Positions 26,901 through 36,464 of a stretch of 58,788 bases of DNA are shown here, piece after piece. Location of the stretch: NCBI GenBank assembly GCA_020025735.1, contig JAHHRP010000001.1:1-58788 (forward strand). Reading direction: 5' to 3'. Each line of letters begins with the position of its first letter. The stretch's first letter is position 1. The notes beneath the pieces are model-generated. The model had not been told where the DNA came from, searched no databases, and worked only from the letters and a program-made list of their open reading frames with translations. The position numbers were made by a program, and so were the translations under genes. The stretch is from Evtepia sp. (GTDB taxonomy: Bacteria; Bacillota; Clostridia; Oscillospirales; Oscillospiraceae).

Positions 26901-28448
26901 ATGCTGTCCTACATTCTAACTGGCGTGATTGCATTTCTTGTCGCGCTTGTCATAGGGATTCCTTTGGGCATCCTATATCGTAAAAAGGTTGCGGAAAAGG
27001 AGATCATCAGTGCAGAAGAAGAGGCCAAGCGCATCATCAACGAGGCCATTAAGAGCGCTGAGAGCAAAAAGCGGGAAGCTCTGGTAGAAGCCAAAGAGAA
27101 GATTCTGGCTGAGAAAACCAATTATGAGAGAGAAATCAAAGAACGCCGCTCCGAATTACAGGAGCAGGAGCGACGGCTCCAGCAAAAGGAAGAGACCCTG
27201 GAGCGCAAACTGGAAAACGTAGAGCGCAAGGAGGAGTCCTACGCCGCACGACTGGCGAATCTGGAAGAATCCCGTGCGAAAGTGGCCAAGCTCCAAGCAG
27301 AGCAAATGGAAACCTTGGAGCGAATTTCCGGGTACACAGCAGAGGAAGCCAAGGCTTACCTCATCGCGAAGCTGGAAACTGAGGTTACCCACGAGGCTGC
27401 CATGAAGATCAAGGAGGCAGAAGCCCGGTTCAAAGAAGAGGCCGACGCCAAGGCCAAAGAAATCGTTGGGCTTGCCATTCAGCGATGTGCAGCGGACCAT
27501 GTTTCAGAAGTTACCGTATCGGTTGTCCCTCTTCCCAACGATGAGATGAAGGGGCGGATCATTGGTCGCGAGGGCCGAAACATCCGCACGTTGGAAACTC
27601 TGACAGGGGTAGACCTTATCATCGACGATACGCCGGAGGCCATCACCGTCTCCTGCTTCGATCCAGTCCGCCGTGAGATTGCCCGTCTGGCATTGGAGAA
27701 GTTAATTTTGGATGGTCGTATTCATCCGGCCCGGATTGAAGAAATGGTGGAAATCGCCAAGCGTGAGGTAGATGCTACAATCAAGGCTGAGGGTGAGCGT
27801 GCTGTTTTGGAAACCAATGTGATGGGGCTGCATCCTGAGCTGATTAAGCTCATCGGTCGAATGAAATACCGTACCAGTTATGGTCAGAATGTGTACAATC
27901 ATTCTATTGAGGTTGCACAGCTGGCAGGACTTATGGCCGCTGAGATTGGTGAAGATGTTGCCACAGCCAAGCGAGCTGGCCTATTGCACGACTTGGGCAA
28001 AGCGGTAGACCACGAGGTAGAAGGTTCCCACGTCACCATTGGTGTAGAGCTTGCCCGGAAATATAAGGAGAGTAAGGAGGTCATCCATGCCATCCATGCT
28101 CATCACAACGATGTAGAACCCCAGACTGTGATCGCCTGTCTGGTTCAGGCTGCGGATGCAATTTCTGCTGCCCGTCCTGGTGCTCGGCGTGAGAATCTGG
28201 AAAACTATATCAAGCGTCTGGAAAAATTGGAGGAAGTCACCTCTTCCTTCCGTGGTGTCGAAAAATCGTATGCCATTCAGGCAGGCCGTGAAGTGCGTAT
28301 CATTGTCAAACCCGAGGTCGTCAGCGAAGACGAAATGGTTCTTCTGGCCCGAGAAATTGCCCAGCGAATTGAGAACGAGCTTGAGTATCCTGGGCAGATC
28401 AAAGTGCATCTTTTGCGCGAAGTCAAGATTGTGGAATACGCCAAATAA
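26901..28448 (+). CDS. rny: Ribonuclease Y
   Basis: N-terminal TM helix, coiled coil, KH ([12 protein letters not shown]), HD (LLHDLGK), SAARPGAR. Confidence 0.97.
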   Translation: MLSYILTGVIAFLVALVIGIPLGILYRKKVAEKEIISAEEEAKRIINEAIKSAESKKREALVEAKEKILAEKTNYEREIKERRSELQEQERRLQQKEETLERKLENVERKEESYAARLANLEESRAKVAKLQAEQMETLERISGYTAEEAKAYLIAKLETEVTHEAAMKIKEAEARFKEEADAKAKEIVGLAIQRCAADHVSEVTVSVVPLPNDEMKGRIIGREGRNIRTLETLTGVDLIIDDTPEAITVSCFDPVRREIARLALEKLILDGRIHPARIEEMVEIAKREVDATIKAEGERAVLETNVMGLHPELIKLIGRMKYRTSYGQNVYNHSIEVAQLAGLMAAEIGEDVATAKRAGLLHDLGKAVDHEVEGSHVTIGVELARKYKESKEVIHAIHAHHNDVEPQTVIACLVQAADAISAARPGARRENLENYIKRLEKLEEVTSSFRGVEKSYAIQAGREVRIIVKPEVVSEDEMVLLAREIAQRIENELEYPGQIKVHLLREVKIVEYAK

Positions 28449-28468
28449 AATTTTTAAACAGACAAACC

Positions 28469-28503
28469 GTCCTCTGTCCGGTCTCTTCGGACAGGGGACT
28501 TTT
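28469..28503 (+). terminator. Intrinsic terminator after rny
   Basis: GTCCTCTGTCCG/CGGACAGGGGAC stem followed by T tract. Confidence 0.75.
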
Positions 28504-28611
28504 ATTGATCAAAAAATTTGTCATTTTTTCTCTTTGGCTCTTTTGGTTTCTCTGGAAAGAGCATATAATAAGGAAAACTATTTTCATGCCATGCCGAAGG
28601 GAGCCAATATC

Positions 28612-29397
28612 ATGTTTCTTCATATTCTTGCCGTGGGCGACGTTGTCGGCCAGGGAGGGGTAACCTGTCTGAGCCGTCATCTGCGGACTCTGCAAAGAGA
28701 ACACAACATCCATTTCACCGTAGTGAATGGCGAAAATGCAGCTGGTCTAGGTCTTCTTCCCCATCATGCGGAAGAAATTTTTGATGCAGGAGCCGATGTC
28801 ATCACGCTGGGCAACCACACCTGGGGAAAGCTCCAGATCAAGGACTATCTGGAAGACAATCCCTATATTCTCCGGCCAGCAAACTTTGCCCCCAATCTTC
28901 CAGGGCGTGGCTTTGGGATTTATGAAGGTCCCCATGGTCTTCGTCTGGGTGTGATGAATCTCATGGGCCGCTTTGAGCTGGATTCCAATCTATCCTCTCC
29001 CTTCCTCATGGCAGATCAGATTCTGGCAGAGGAAGGCGCGCAAGCGGATCTTGTTTTCTTGGATTTCCATGCAGAGGCAACCAGTGAAAAGGGGGCCATG
29101 GGCTGGTATCTGGATGGTCGTGTCCAAGCCATCTGGGGCACACATACCCATGTTCCCACTGCTGACGGGCAGATTCTCCCCAAAGGCACTGGCTTCATCA
29201 CGGATCTTGGAATGACAGGTCCATCCCGCTCGGTGCTGGGGGTAAAGCCAGAAAACTCTGTGGCCCGTTTTTTAGGACAGCTTCCCCGGCGATATGAGGC
29301 AGCGGATGGGCCAAACAAACTGGGCGCAGTGCTATTTGTCATCGACACAGAGCGCAAGTGCTGTTGTCAGGTCACTCGTTTGGACCTGAGTGAGTGA
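28612..29397 (+). CDS. ymdB: YmdB-like metallophosphoesterase (TIGR00282)
   Basis: GDVVG, NGENAA, TLGNH, DFHAEATSEK, GTHTHVPTAD; conserved position after rny. Confidence 0.92.
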   Translation: MFLHILAVGDVVGQGGVTCLSRHLRTLQREHNIHFTVVNGENAAGLGLLPHHAEEIFDAGADVITLGNHTWGKLQIKDYLEDNPYILRPANFAPNLPGRGFGIYEGPHGLRLGVMNLMGRFELDSNLSSPFLMADQILAEEGAQADLVFLDFHAEATSEKGAMGWYLDGRVQAIWGTHTHVPTADGQILPKGTGFITDLGMTGPSRSVLGVKPENSVARFLGQLPRRYEAADGPNKLGAVLFVIDTERKCCCQVTRLDLSE

Positions 29398-29409
29398 CGG
29401 AGTCTTACT

Positions 29410-30510
29410 ATGCTAACCTTTCTTCATGCTGCTGACCTGCACTTAGACTCCCCCTTTCATTCCCTACCCCCAGATCGTGCTGCTGAGCGGCGTCAGGAGC
29501 AGCGCCAACTGCTCACCCGTTTGGCAGACACTGCCCGGCAGGTCCAAGCAGACCTTATCTTCCTCTCTGGGGATCTTTTCGACAGTCAACGTGCCAGACC
29601 AGAAACCCTTCAGCTTCTCCAGCAAGGGCTGGAGGAGATCGAAGCGCCAGTCTTTCTTTCCCCTGGCAACCACGATCCTTATACCAGTACTTCTCCATAT
29701 CGCCGTCTGACCTGGCCCAGTCATGTTCATCTCTTTACCACCCCCACGCCGACCCGCGTGGCTTTGCCCCACTTGGGTGTGGTCGTCTATGGCAGTGCAT
29801 TCACTTCTCCCTATCGAACGGACGGACCATTGTCCGGTTTTTGCGCACAGGAGGCAAAAGACAGCATGGTCTTTGGTTGTTTTCATGGGGAAGTCACCTC
29901 CTCTCACAGCCGGTATGGACCAATCAGCACACAGGAGATCGCTGCTTCCGGGCTGACTTATCTGGCACTGGGGCATATCCATGCAGCCAGCGGCTTACAG
30001 CGTGCGGGGAATACCTATTATGCCTGGCCTGGTTGCCCTGAGGGGCGTGGGTTTGATGAAACAGGGGACAAAGGGATCTACATCGGGCATCTGGAGTCAG
30101 GTGTCGTCACTTTGGAGTTTGTTCCTCTTGCTCGGCGTCGGTATCTCACCCCCACCTTGGACATCACGGACCGCGATCCTGTTCAGGCTTTGGAGTCCTT
30201 CATCCGCACAGCTCGTTCGGAGGATATTCTTCACCTGCATTTAACGGGCACCCGCGACCCAGAGAACGCGCCCAATTTAACTGCTCTGACCGCGTTGGCC
30301 TCAGGATACTTTTATAGTGCCATCCTTTCTGATGATACAACGCTAAGCCGCTCTCTCTGGGCGCGGATGGAAGAGGAAACGCTCACTGGTTTGTTTTTAC
30401 GGAACATGGCACAGCGCATTGAGGCTGCCTCCCCTGAGGAACGACCTTTGTTAGAGCGGGCTGTCCGGTTTGGCTTGGCTGCGCTGGAAGGGAGGGAGGA
30501 ACCCACATGA
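29410..30510 (+). CDS. SbcD/Mre11-like exonuclease (YhaO-like)
   Basis: HAADLHLD, GDLFD, PGNHD, YLALGHIH, PEGRGFDE. Confidence 0.9.
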   Translation: MLTFLHAADLHLDSPFHSLPPDRAAERRQEQRQLLTRLADTARQVQADLIFLSGDLFDSQRARPETLQLLQQGLEEIEAPVFLSPGNHDPYTSTSPYRRLTWPSHVHLFTTPTPTRVALPHLGVVVYGSAFTSPYRTDGPLSGFCAQEAKDSMVFGCFHGEVTSSHSRYGPISTQEIAASGLTYLALGHIHAASGLQRAGNTYYAWPGCPEGRGFDETGDKGIYIGHLESGVVTLEFVPLARRRYLTPTLDITDRDPVQALESFIRTARSEDILHLHLTGTRDPENAPNLTALTALASGYFYSAILSDDTTLSRSLWARMEEETLTGLFLRNMAQRIEAASPEERPLLERAVRFGLAALEGREEPT

Positions 30511-32363
30511 AGCTACTGCGTCTAACGGCCACCTTTGGTTGTCTGAATGGTGACACCTTGACATTTGGGCCAGGGCTAACGCTGATCGGTGCGCCCAACG
30601 GCGGTGGGAAATCCACTTGGTGTGCGTTTCTTCGGACCATGCTCTATGGTCTGGACACCCGTCAGCGAGATCGGAAAGGGGCTCCAGCTGATAAAAACCG
30701 CTATCGTCCCTGGAGTGGTGCGCCTATGGAGGGCCTGCTGGTCTGTGAATATGAAGGCCAGGTTTTAGAGCTTCGCCGCACCTCTGCTGACGGGATTCCT
30801 ATGGGGACTTTCTGTGCCCGCTACCAAGACAGTAACCTTCCCGTTCCTGGTCTGACAGGGGAGAATGTTGGAGAAATCCTCACAGGCATCAACCAAGAGG
30901 TCTTTGACCGTTCTGTTTTTCTCCGTCAGACGGGACTTGCTGTCAGCCAGAGTCAGGAGCTGGAAAAGCGCATTGCCTCTCTGGTCTCCTCTGGAGAGGA
31001 GGAGATCTCCTTCACGGAGGCACACAATCAATTAAAGGCGTGGCTGCATCGCCGACGCTTCCACAAAAGCGGTCTGCTTCCCCAGTTGGAGAAGGAATCG
31101 GAGGATCTGCGCCAACAACTTTCCCAAACGGCATCTCTGCGCCAGGACCTCGATCAGTGCCAAGCCCGTGCTGCGTCTTTGCGGAAAGAAAAGGCCCAGT
31201 GGGAGACGCACTTTGCCTTAGCGCATGATAAGGTACAGCGTGCAAATGAGGAACGCTGTGCTGCGGCGGCCGCCCAGCTGGAGGCCGCTGAACAGCAGTT
31301 GCAAACACTGTTGTCTCGCCAGGAGGCATTCACCAGGGACTCCTCTGACCATCTATCGGAGCCGCTCCGGGCGCACCAACAAAATCTCGTCCGTCGCCGC
31401 CGGAAGAGATCCGTTGCTTTTGCCGTTGTGCTGCTGCTCTCCTTCTGTGCGGCTGTTCTCTTTGGGGTATCTTTTGTTCCTTCCTCTCCTGTTCGTCTTT
31501 CCCCATTCTTGTTGGTCCTGCCTGTTGTGGTTCTCTGGCTCCTGTTTCTTTTGGCTGTCCTATTCACAGTGTCCTGTGACCGACGGGACCGGCAAGCGAT
31601 ACAGACTCTGCGAGCGCACTTAGAGACCCGCCGGCAGGAGGAAGTGGTGTTATCTCAAGAGATTGCCCAGCAGCAGCTTCAGCGGAGCCACCTCAAAGAA
31701 TACTATGCTGCAATGCTTCAGCAGACTGACACTCCAACTCACCCTCCAGAAGCCGAGCGTTGTCTTGCCTCCCTCCATCATACAGAGCAGGAAATTGCCC
31801 GGCTGCAAGGCCAGCTCACAGCTCTGGGTGATCCAGTGCTTCTGGATGCCCGTCTGGATGAACTGCAAGAGGCTGCTGCAAAGCTCCAAGGGGACTATCA
31901 TGCTCTGGAGATTGCCATGGATGTCTTACAGGAGGCAAACAACCATCTTCACGCTCGATTCTCGCCACAGTTGAGCCAGCGGGCAGGCACCTATTTCCAC
32001 CGTCTGACGCTTGGTCGTTTCTCTCAACTTTCGCTGGATCGCACATTCCAGGCCACCGTTCGGGAAGGTGCTTCTTTGGCGGATCGTCCCTTGGCTTTAC
32101 TCAGCCAGGGCACAGCAGATCAACTGTATCTTTCTCTTCGGCTGGCAGTAGCCGATCTGGTTTTACCTGATCCTCAGGGCTGTCCACTGGTCTTGGATGA
32201 CGCTCTATTGGCTTTTGACGACTCACGTCTGGCAGTGGCCTTGGATGTTCTGACCCAACTGGCGCAAACCAGGCAGGTTTTTCTTTTCACCTGCCAGCAC
32301 CGGGAGTTTTCCTTTCTGCAAGGGCATTCTGATGTTCGCATGGTCACACTGCCCGGCTTCTAA
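30507..32363 (+). CDS. SbcC/SMC-like ATPase (YhaN-like) with internal transmembrane hairpin
   Basis: Walker A APNGGGKST, signature LSQGT, Walker B LVLDD, TCQ; coiled coils flank two hydrophobic helices. Confidence 0.85.
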   Translation: MKLLRLTATFGCLNGDTLTFGPGLTLIGAPNGGGKSTWCAFLRTMLYGLDTRQRDRKGAPADKNRYRPWSGAPMEGLLVCEYEGQVLELRRTSADGIPMGTFCARYQDSNLPVPGLTGENVGEILTGINQEVFDRSVFLRQTGLAVSQSQELEKRIASLVSSGEEEISFTEAHNQLKAWLHRRRFHKSGLLPQLEKESEDLRQQLSQTASLRQDLDQCQARAASLRKEKAQWETHFALAHDKVQRANEERCAAAAAQLEAAEQQLQTLLSRQEAFTRDSSDHLSEPLRAHQQNLVRRRRKRSVAFAVVLLLSFCAAVLFGVSFVPSSPVRLSPFLLVLPVVVLWLLFLLAVLFTVSCDRRDRQAIQTLRAHLETRRQEEVVLSQEIAQQQLQRSHLKEYYAAMLQQTDTPTHPPEAERCLASLHHTEQEIARLQGQLTALGDPVLLDARLDELQEAAAKLQGDYHALEIAMDVLQEANNHLHARFSPQLSQRAGTYFHRLTLGRFSQLSLDRTFQATVREGASLADRPLALLSQGTADQLYLSLRLAVADLVLPDPQGCPLVLDDALLAFDDSRLAVALDVLTQLAQTRQVFLFTCQHREFSFLQGHSDVRMVTLPGF

Positions 32364-32383
32364 TTTTGTCGTACAATCCATGG

Positions 32384-32412
32384 TTGCCAACAGGAACAAA
32401 GGGGGGTATAAT
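32384..32412 (+). promoter_or_regulatory. sigma-A promoter of lepB
   Basis: TTGCCA-17 bp-TATAAT. Confidence 0.7.
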
Positions 32413-32454
32413 AGAAAAATCAACCCATTCAGTTGCAAAGGAGGTCCCCCCCTT

Positions 32455-33114
32455 ATGTCCCACTTTCTTCCGCCGGATGCGCCGAACAGAGCATCGTTGT
32501 CCTCGGACGAGGCCGTCTCTTCTCAACCTTCCGACACGGCCCAGGCAGGACAGACTCCCCCGAAAGAAAAACGACCTGGCGCATTCGGTGCTGACATAAA
32601 CGGCTGGCTTCAGGCCCTAGCTTTTGCTTTGGTTTTCCTGCTGATTCTGTTCACTTTTGTTGGCCGTGTCATTGGTGTCGATGGACACTCCATGGACCCT
32701 ACCCTCAATGACAAGGATATGCTCTTTCTCCAAAATTTTGCCTACCAGCCCCAGCAAGGGGACATTGTTGTCCTGCACAAAGATTTTGGTGACATCACAA
32801 CGCCCATTGTTAAGCGCGTGATTGCCACGGGCGGCCAGACGGTAGAGATCGACTACGACCGTAGTACCGTGTATGTCGATGGGCAGCCACTGGAGGAGGA
32901 CTATATTTTGGAACCAATGCTCCCTCCTTCTACGCCTTATGCACAAGGCACCTATTGGGAGGTTCCCGAAGGCTGTGTGTTCGTCATGGGGGACAACCGT
33001 AATAATTCTTCCGACAGTCGAGATGAGCGTCTTGGGCCTATCGACGAGCGCTATATTCTTGGGAATGCTGTCGCCACACTGCTTCCTTTCCAGCACGCTG
33101 GGCTGATTGGTTAA
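32455..33114 (+). CDS. lepB: Signal peptidase I
   Basis: GHSMDPTL, IVKRVIA, MGDNRNNSSDSR; AGGAGG RBS before ATG 32455. Confidence 0.95.
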   Translation: MSHFLPPDAPNRASLSSDEAVSSQPSDTAQAGQTPPKEKRPGAFGADINGWLQALAFALVFLLILFTFVGRVIGVDGHSMDPTLNDKDMLFLQNFAYQPQQGDIVVLHKDFGDITTPIVKRVIATGGQTVEIDYDRSTVYVDGQPLEEDYILEPMLPPSTPYAQGTYWEVPEGCVFVMGDNRNNSSDSRDERLGPIDERYILGNAVATLLPFQHAGLIG

Positions 33115-33126
33115 GGGGGTGAGCGT

Positions 33127-33366
33127 GTGCGATTGGACAAATGGCTCAAGGTTTCCCGTCTCATCAAGCGGCGCACCGTAGCCAACGATGCCTGTGACAA
33201 TGAGCGTATCTCTGTCAACGGTCGGGTGGTCAAGGCTTCCTATGATGTAAAGGTCGGTGATCGTCTGGAGATCCGCTTTGGTGCTCGGACTGTTTCTGTG
33301 GAAGTTCTCTCGGTGGTTGAGCAAAAGGGCAAAGAAAACGCTGTTTTCATGTACAAAGAACTGTAA
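33127..33366 (+). CDS. yabO: S4-domain RNA-binding protein (YabO/RqcP)
   Basis: MRLDKWLKVSRLIKRRTVA. Confidence 0.9.
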   Translation: MRLDKWLKVSRLIKRRTVANDACDNERISVNGRVVKASYDVKVGDRLEIRFGARTVSVEVLSVVEQKGKENAVFMYKEL

Positions 33367-33413
33367 TTAAAAAGGATGGGTGCTGTACCGAGTACAGCAC
33401 CCATCCTTTTTAA
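33367..33413. terminator. Bidirectional terminator
   Basis: 22-bp inverted repeat TTAAAAAGGATGGGTGCTGTAC with A/T tails between convergent genes. Confidence 0.85.
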
Positions 33414-34741
33414 TATCCATACTGTTTTCTCTTTCCCTTGAGGAAGGCGGCTGAGACCAGCAAGGCAGGCACTTCTGCCACAGCCACGGCCAGCCACACG
33501 CCATCCAAGGCAAGCACTTGCGGCAGCAGCAAAACCGCTGCCACCTGAAAGACTAAGGTTCGCAGGAATGCGATGACGGCTGAAACCACGCCATTGTTCA
33601 GGGCAGTAAAGAACGCAGAACTCCACAGATTCAAACCCATGGCTAAAAACGCCAGAGCATACAGCCGGAAGCCCCGTAGGGTGAGGGCATACAGGCTAGG
33701 ATCATACTTGGTAAAGGCCCCCACAAGCAGGGCAGCCAAAGCCTCTGCCATCAGAGTCAGCAGCACCCCAGCCACAGCCACTAGGCGTCTGCTCATCTGA
33801 AACAAGTTGTGCAATTCCTCCCGGTTCCCGGCTCCATAGTGGTAACTGACCAGGGGCGCGCTCCCCAGGGCAAAGCCCAGATAGGTTCCTGTAAAGACAA
33901 AGTTGACATACATGAGCACGCTGTAAGCGGCCACGCCGTCTTCCCCCACCAGCGCCATGAGCTGGAAGTTATATAGGATGTTCACCAACGAAGCCGACAG
34001 ATTGGCAACCATTTCTGACGATCCATTGACACAGGCTTGTCCCAAGATTTTTCCATAAAATCGTCGAGGCCTACGCAAACGGAGCAGGCTGTTGTTCTTC
34101 CTGGCAAAATAGACCAGAGGGATTCCGCTTCCCACCAGCTGGCCGGCCACGGTAGCAGCTGCTGCACCTGCCAGACCCCAGTGAAAGCCGACGATAAACA
34201 CCGCATCCAGCACCATATTGGTCACACCTGAGGCAATGTTAATTTTCAGACTCAGCCCAGGTTTCTCCGCAGCCACAAAGAAGCACTGGAAGGCGGACTG
34301 AAGCATAAAAGCTGTCTGTCCACCAAACAATATTCTGCCATATAGGATGGTGTCCTTCAGCAGATCTCCTTCCGCTCCTAGTGCTGCGGCGATCTGAGGC
34401 GTAAAGGCCACGCCCAACACAGACAGGAGCAAGCCGACTGCTAACGTCAGGTAGATGAGTTGGGAGAAGTATTCCTGGGCCAGTGTTTCCTTTTCTTCCC
34501 CCAAGGTACGGGCCACCACAGCACTGCCGCCGGTACCCACCATGAAGGCGATTGTGCACAAGGCCATGCACACAGGGAAGATGAGGTTTACTGCTGCCAG
34601 GGCTGTTTTGCCCACGAAATTAGACACAAACACGCCATCGACAATGCTGTATAGGGACATAAAGATCATCATCACGATGGTAGGCATCGTAAAGCGGAGC
34701 AGGCGGAAGTAAGTAAAGTGGCTGGAAAGTGAAATGTGCAC
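33410..34741 (-). CDS. MATE family efflux transporter
   Basis: SLYSIVDGVFVS, NMVLDAVF..GLAGAAAAT; ~12 TM segments; GTG 34741 after AAAGGAG. Confidence 0.92.
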   Translation of the reverse strand: MHISLSSHFTYFRLLRFTMPTIVMMIFMSLYSIVDGVFVSNFVGKTALAAVNLIFPVCMALCTIAFMVGTGGSAVVARTLGEEKETLAQEYFSQLIYLTLAVGLLLSVLGVAFTPQIAAALGAEGDLLKDTILYGRILFGGQTAFMLQSAFQCFFVAAEKPGLSLKINIASGVTNMVLDAVFIVGFHWGLAGAAAATVAGQLVGSGIPLVYFARKNNSLLRLRRPRRFYGKILGQACVNGSSEMVANLSASLVNILYNFQLMALVGEDGVAAYSVLMYVNFVFTGTYLGFALGSAPLVSYHYGAGNREELHNLFQMSRRLVAVAGVLLTLMAEALAALLVGAFTKYDPSLYALTLRGFRLYALAFLAMGLNLWSSAFFTALNNGVVSAVIAFLRTLVFQVAAVLLLPQVLALDGVWLAVAVAEVPALLVSAAFLKGKRKQYGY

Positions 34742-34743
34742 GT

Positions 34744-35190
34744 CTATTCTCCTTTTCTGCATCCCAGCACCCGCTGGTGGATTGTCACATACTTTCGGTT
34801 CAAGTCCAACAGGGTTTGCATCTCCTCCTGTGTCATCTCTGCAATGACCTGGTTTTCCTGTTGAAATACGGGGTCTAAGACGTCCTCTATCTTCTGTCGC
34901 CCTGCTGGGGTGAGGTGGATTTGTCGCTCTCGTCTTGCCCCATGCTCTACTGTCAGGTAGCCCTTTTTCTCCAACGCCTTGATGGAGGAATGAATGGTCT
35001 GCTTGCTGGCGTAGAAATGCTGGGCGATGTCCCTCTGAGCGCATCCGTCTCCCAGTTCTGCTAAGGCGTACAAGATCAAAAAGCCACTGTCAGACAGTCC
35101 TGCCCGGACTGCTATGGCGTGATAGGTTTCATCCATTGCCTTATACATTCGATTTAGTTCCTGAACTTCTGGTCTCAGCTGGATCATCAC
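34744..35190 (-). CDS. MarR family transcriptional regulator
   Basis: QRDIA...SKQTIHSSIKALEKKGYL...IHLTPAG winged HTH. Confidence 0.9.
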   Translation of the reverse strand: MMIQLRPEVQELNRMYKAMDETYHAIAVRAGLSDSGFLILYALAELGDGCAQRDIAQHFYASKQTIHSSIKALEKKGYLTVEHGARRERQIHLTPAGRQKIEDVLDPVFQQENQVIAEMTQEEMQTLLDLNRKYVTIHQRVLGCRKGE

Positions 35191-35203
35191 ACTGCCTCCT
35201 CTG

Positions 35204-35255
35204 GTCCGATTTCGGACTATAAGATAGTATATCGTCCGAACTCGGACTTTGTCAA
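35204..35255 (-). promoter_or_regulatory. marR-MATE promoter with two palindromic operators
   Basis: TTGACA-18 bp-TATACT on minus strand; GTCCGA-NN-TCGGAC at 35204-35217 and 35234-35247. Confidence 0.8.
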
Positions 35256-35271
35256 TCTTTTTTACAAATAG

Positions 35272-35304
35272 AAACAGCCCCAGCGCAAATTCGCTGGAGC
35301 TGTT
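35272..35304 (-). terminator. Terminator after hup
   Basis: AACAGCCCCAGCG / CGCTGGAGCTGTT near-perfect stem downstream of the hup stop. Confidence 0.65.
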
Positions 35305-35322
35305 GAGGGTTCTGTATTAAAA

Positions 35323-35598
35323 TTACTGATCCACTGCATCCTTGAGTGCCTTTCCGGCTTTAAAGGTCGGCACTTTGGTGGCGGGGATGGGAATGTCCTC
35401 GCCAGTTTTAGGGTTTCGGCCCATGCGCTCGGCACGCACCTTTGTTTCAAAGGCGCCAAAGCCAACGATCTGGACCTTCTCTTCCTCGGTTAGAGCCTTT
35501 GTAATCAGGTTGATGGCAGCGTTCAGGCCGATCTCCACGTTTTTCCGGGAGAATCCGGTCTCCTCGGCAACGCTCAGGATCAGTTCAGTTTTGTTCAT
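35323..35598 (-). CDS. hup: HU DNA-binding protein
   Basis: MNKTELI...VQIVGFGAF...GRNPKTGE...PTFKAGKALKDAV. Confidence 0.95.
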   Translation of the reverse strand: MNKTELILSVAEETGFSRKNVEIGLNAAINLITKALTEEEKVQIVGFGAFETKVRAERMGRNPKTGEDIPIPATKVPTFKAGKALKDAVDQ

Positions 35599-36394
35599 TG
35601 TCATTACCCTTTCTCTCTTGGTTTTCCGGGTGTTTTTCCCGGTTCCACAATGCCATAAGGGCGGACACATCCAGGTCTTTCATGTCTTTTCCCTGGGCCG
35701 TGACCGCCGCTTCCACCCCAGCAAAGCGGCGCACGAATTTTTCGCACGTCCCTGCCAGGGCATCCTCGGCATCTATTTGAAAGAACCGGGCGATCTTCAC
35801 CGCCGCAAACAGGACATCTCCCAGTTCTTCCTCTACGTTGGTGTCATCCGCCACAGCGGATTTCAGCTCATCCATCTCTTCCTCCAGCTTCTCCATCGCA
35901 GCCTGAACATTTGGCCACTCGAAACCGGCCTTGGCCGCCTTGATCTGGAGTTTTTCTGCCCGCCACAGACCGGGCAGGCTCTTTGCCACCCCTTGAAGGG
36001 TCTCGGTATAGGTCGCCTGCCCCTTCTCCTGGCGTTTCAGATCCTCCCAGCTTGCAGTCTCTTCCCCGCCGCCAAAGACATGGGGATGCCGGAAGATGAG
36101 TTTTTTGCAGATCCCATCTGCCACATCGTCCAGCGTGAAGCGTCCGGCATCCTCCTCAATGGAGGCGTGGAAGAGGACTTGCAGCAGAACATCTCCCAGT
36201 TCCTCTTTCAGGTGAACGGGATCCCCTTCGTCGATGGCCTCGGCCACCTCATAGGCTTCCTCGATAAAGTTTCGGCGGATACTCTCATGGCTCTGTGCGG
36301 CATCCCAAGGGCACCCCCCTGGCCCGCGCAGCAATGCCACCAACTGGCGCAGATCTTCGACCTTATAAGCTTCTTTTCGTTCAAAGTTTATCAT
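35585..36394 (-). CDS. mazG: Nucleoside triphosphate pyrophosphohydrolase MazG
   Basis: LRGPGGCPWD, EEAYEV, EELGDVLLQV, RHPHVF. Confidence 0.95.
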   Translation of the reverse strand: MINFERKEAYKVEDLRQLVALLRGPGGCPWDAAQSHESIRRNFIEEAYEVAEAIDEGDPVHLKEELGDVLLQVLFHASIEEDAGRFTLDDVADGICKKLIFRHPHVFGGGEETASWEDLKRQEKGQATYTETLQGVAKSLPGLWRAEKLQIKAAKAGFEWPNVQAAMEKLEEEMDELKSAVADDTNVEEELGDVLFAAVKIARFFQIDAEDALAGTCEKFVRRFAGVEAAVTAQGKDMKDLDVSALMALWNREKHPENQERKGNDNEQN

Positions 36395-36464
36395 AATCTA
36401 TCGTACCAATTCTGTTGTCTCAATTCCTTCTGGCTATTGATTGCCGCAGCATGGCTTTGCATTT

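Noticed and set aside
32401..32406. G6 tract in the lepB promoter spacer as a phase-variation switch
   Set aside because: Tract too short for frequent slippage, and the gene is housekeeping
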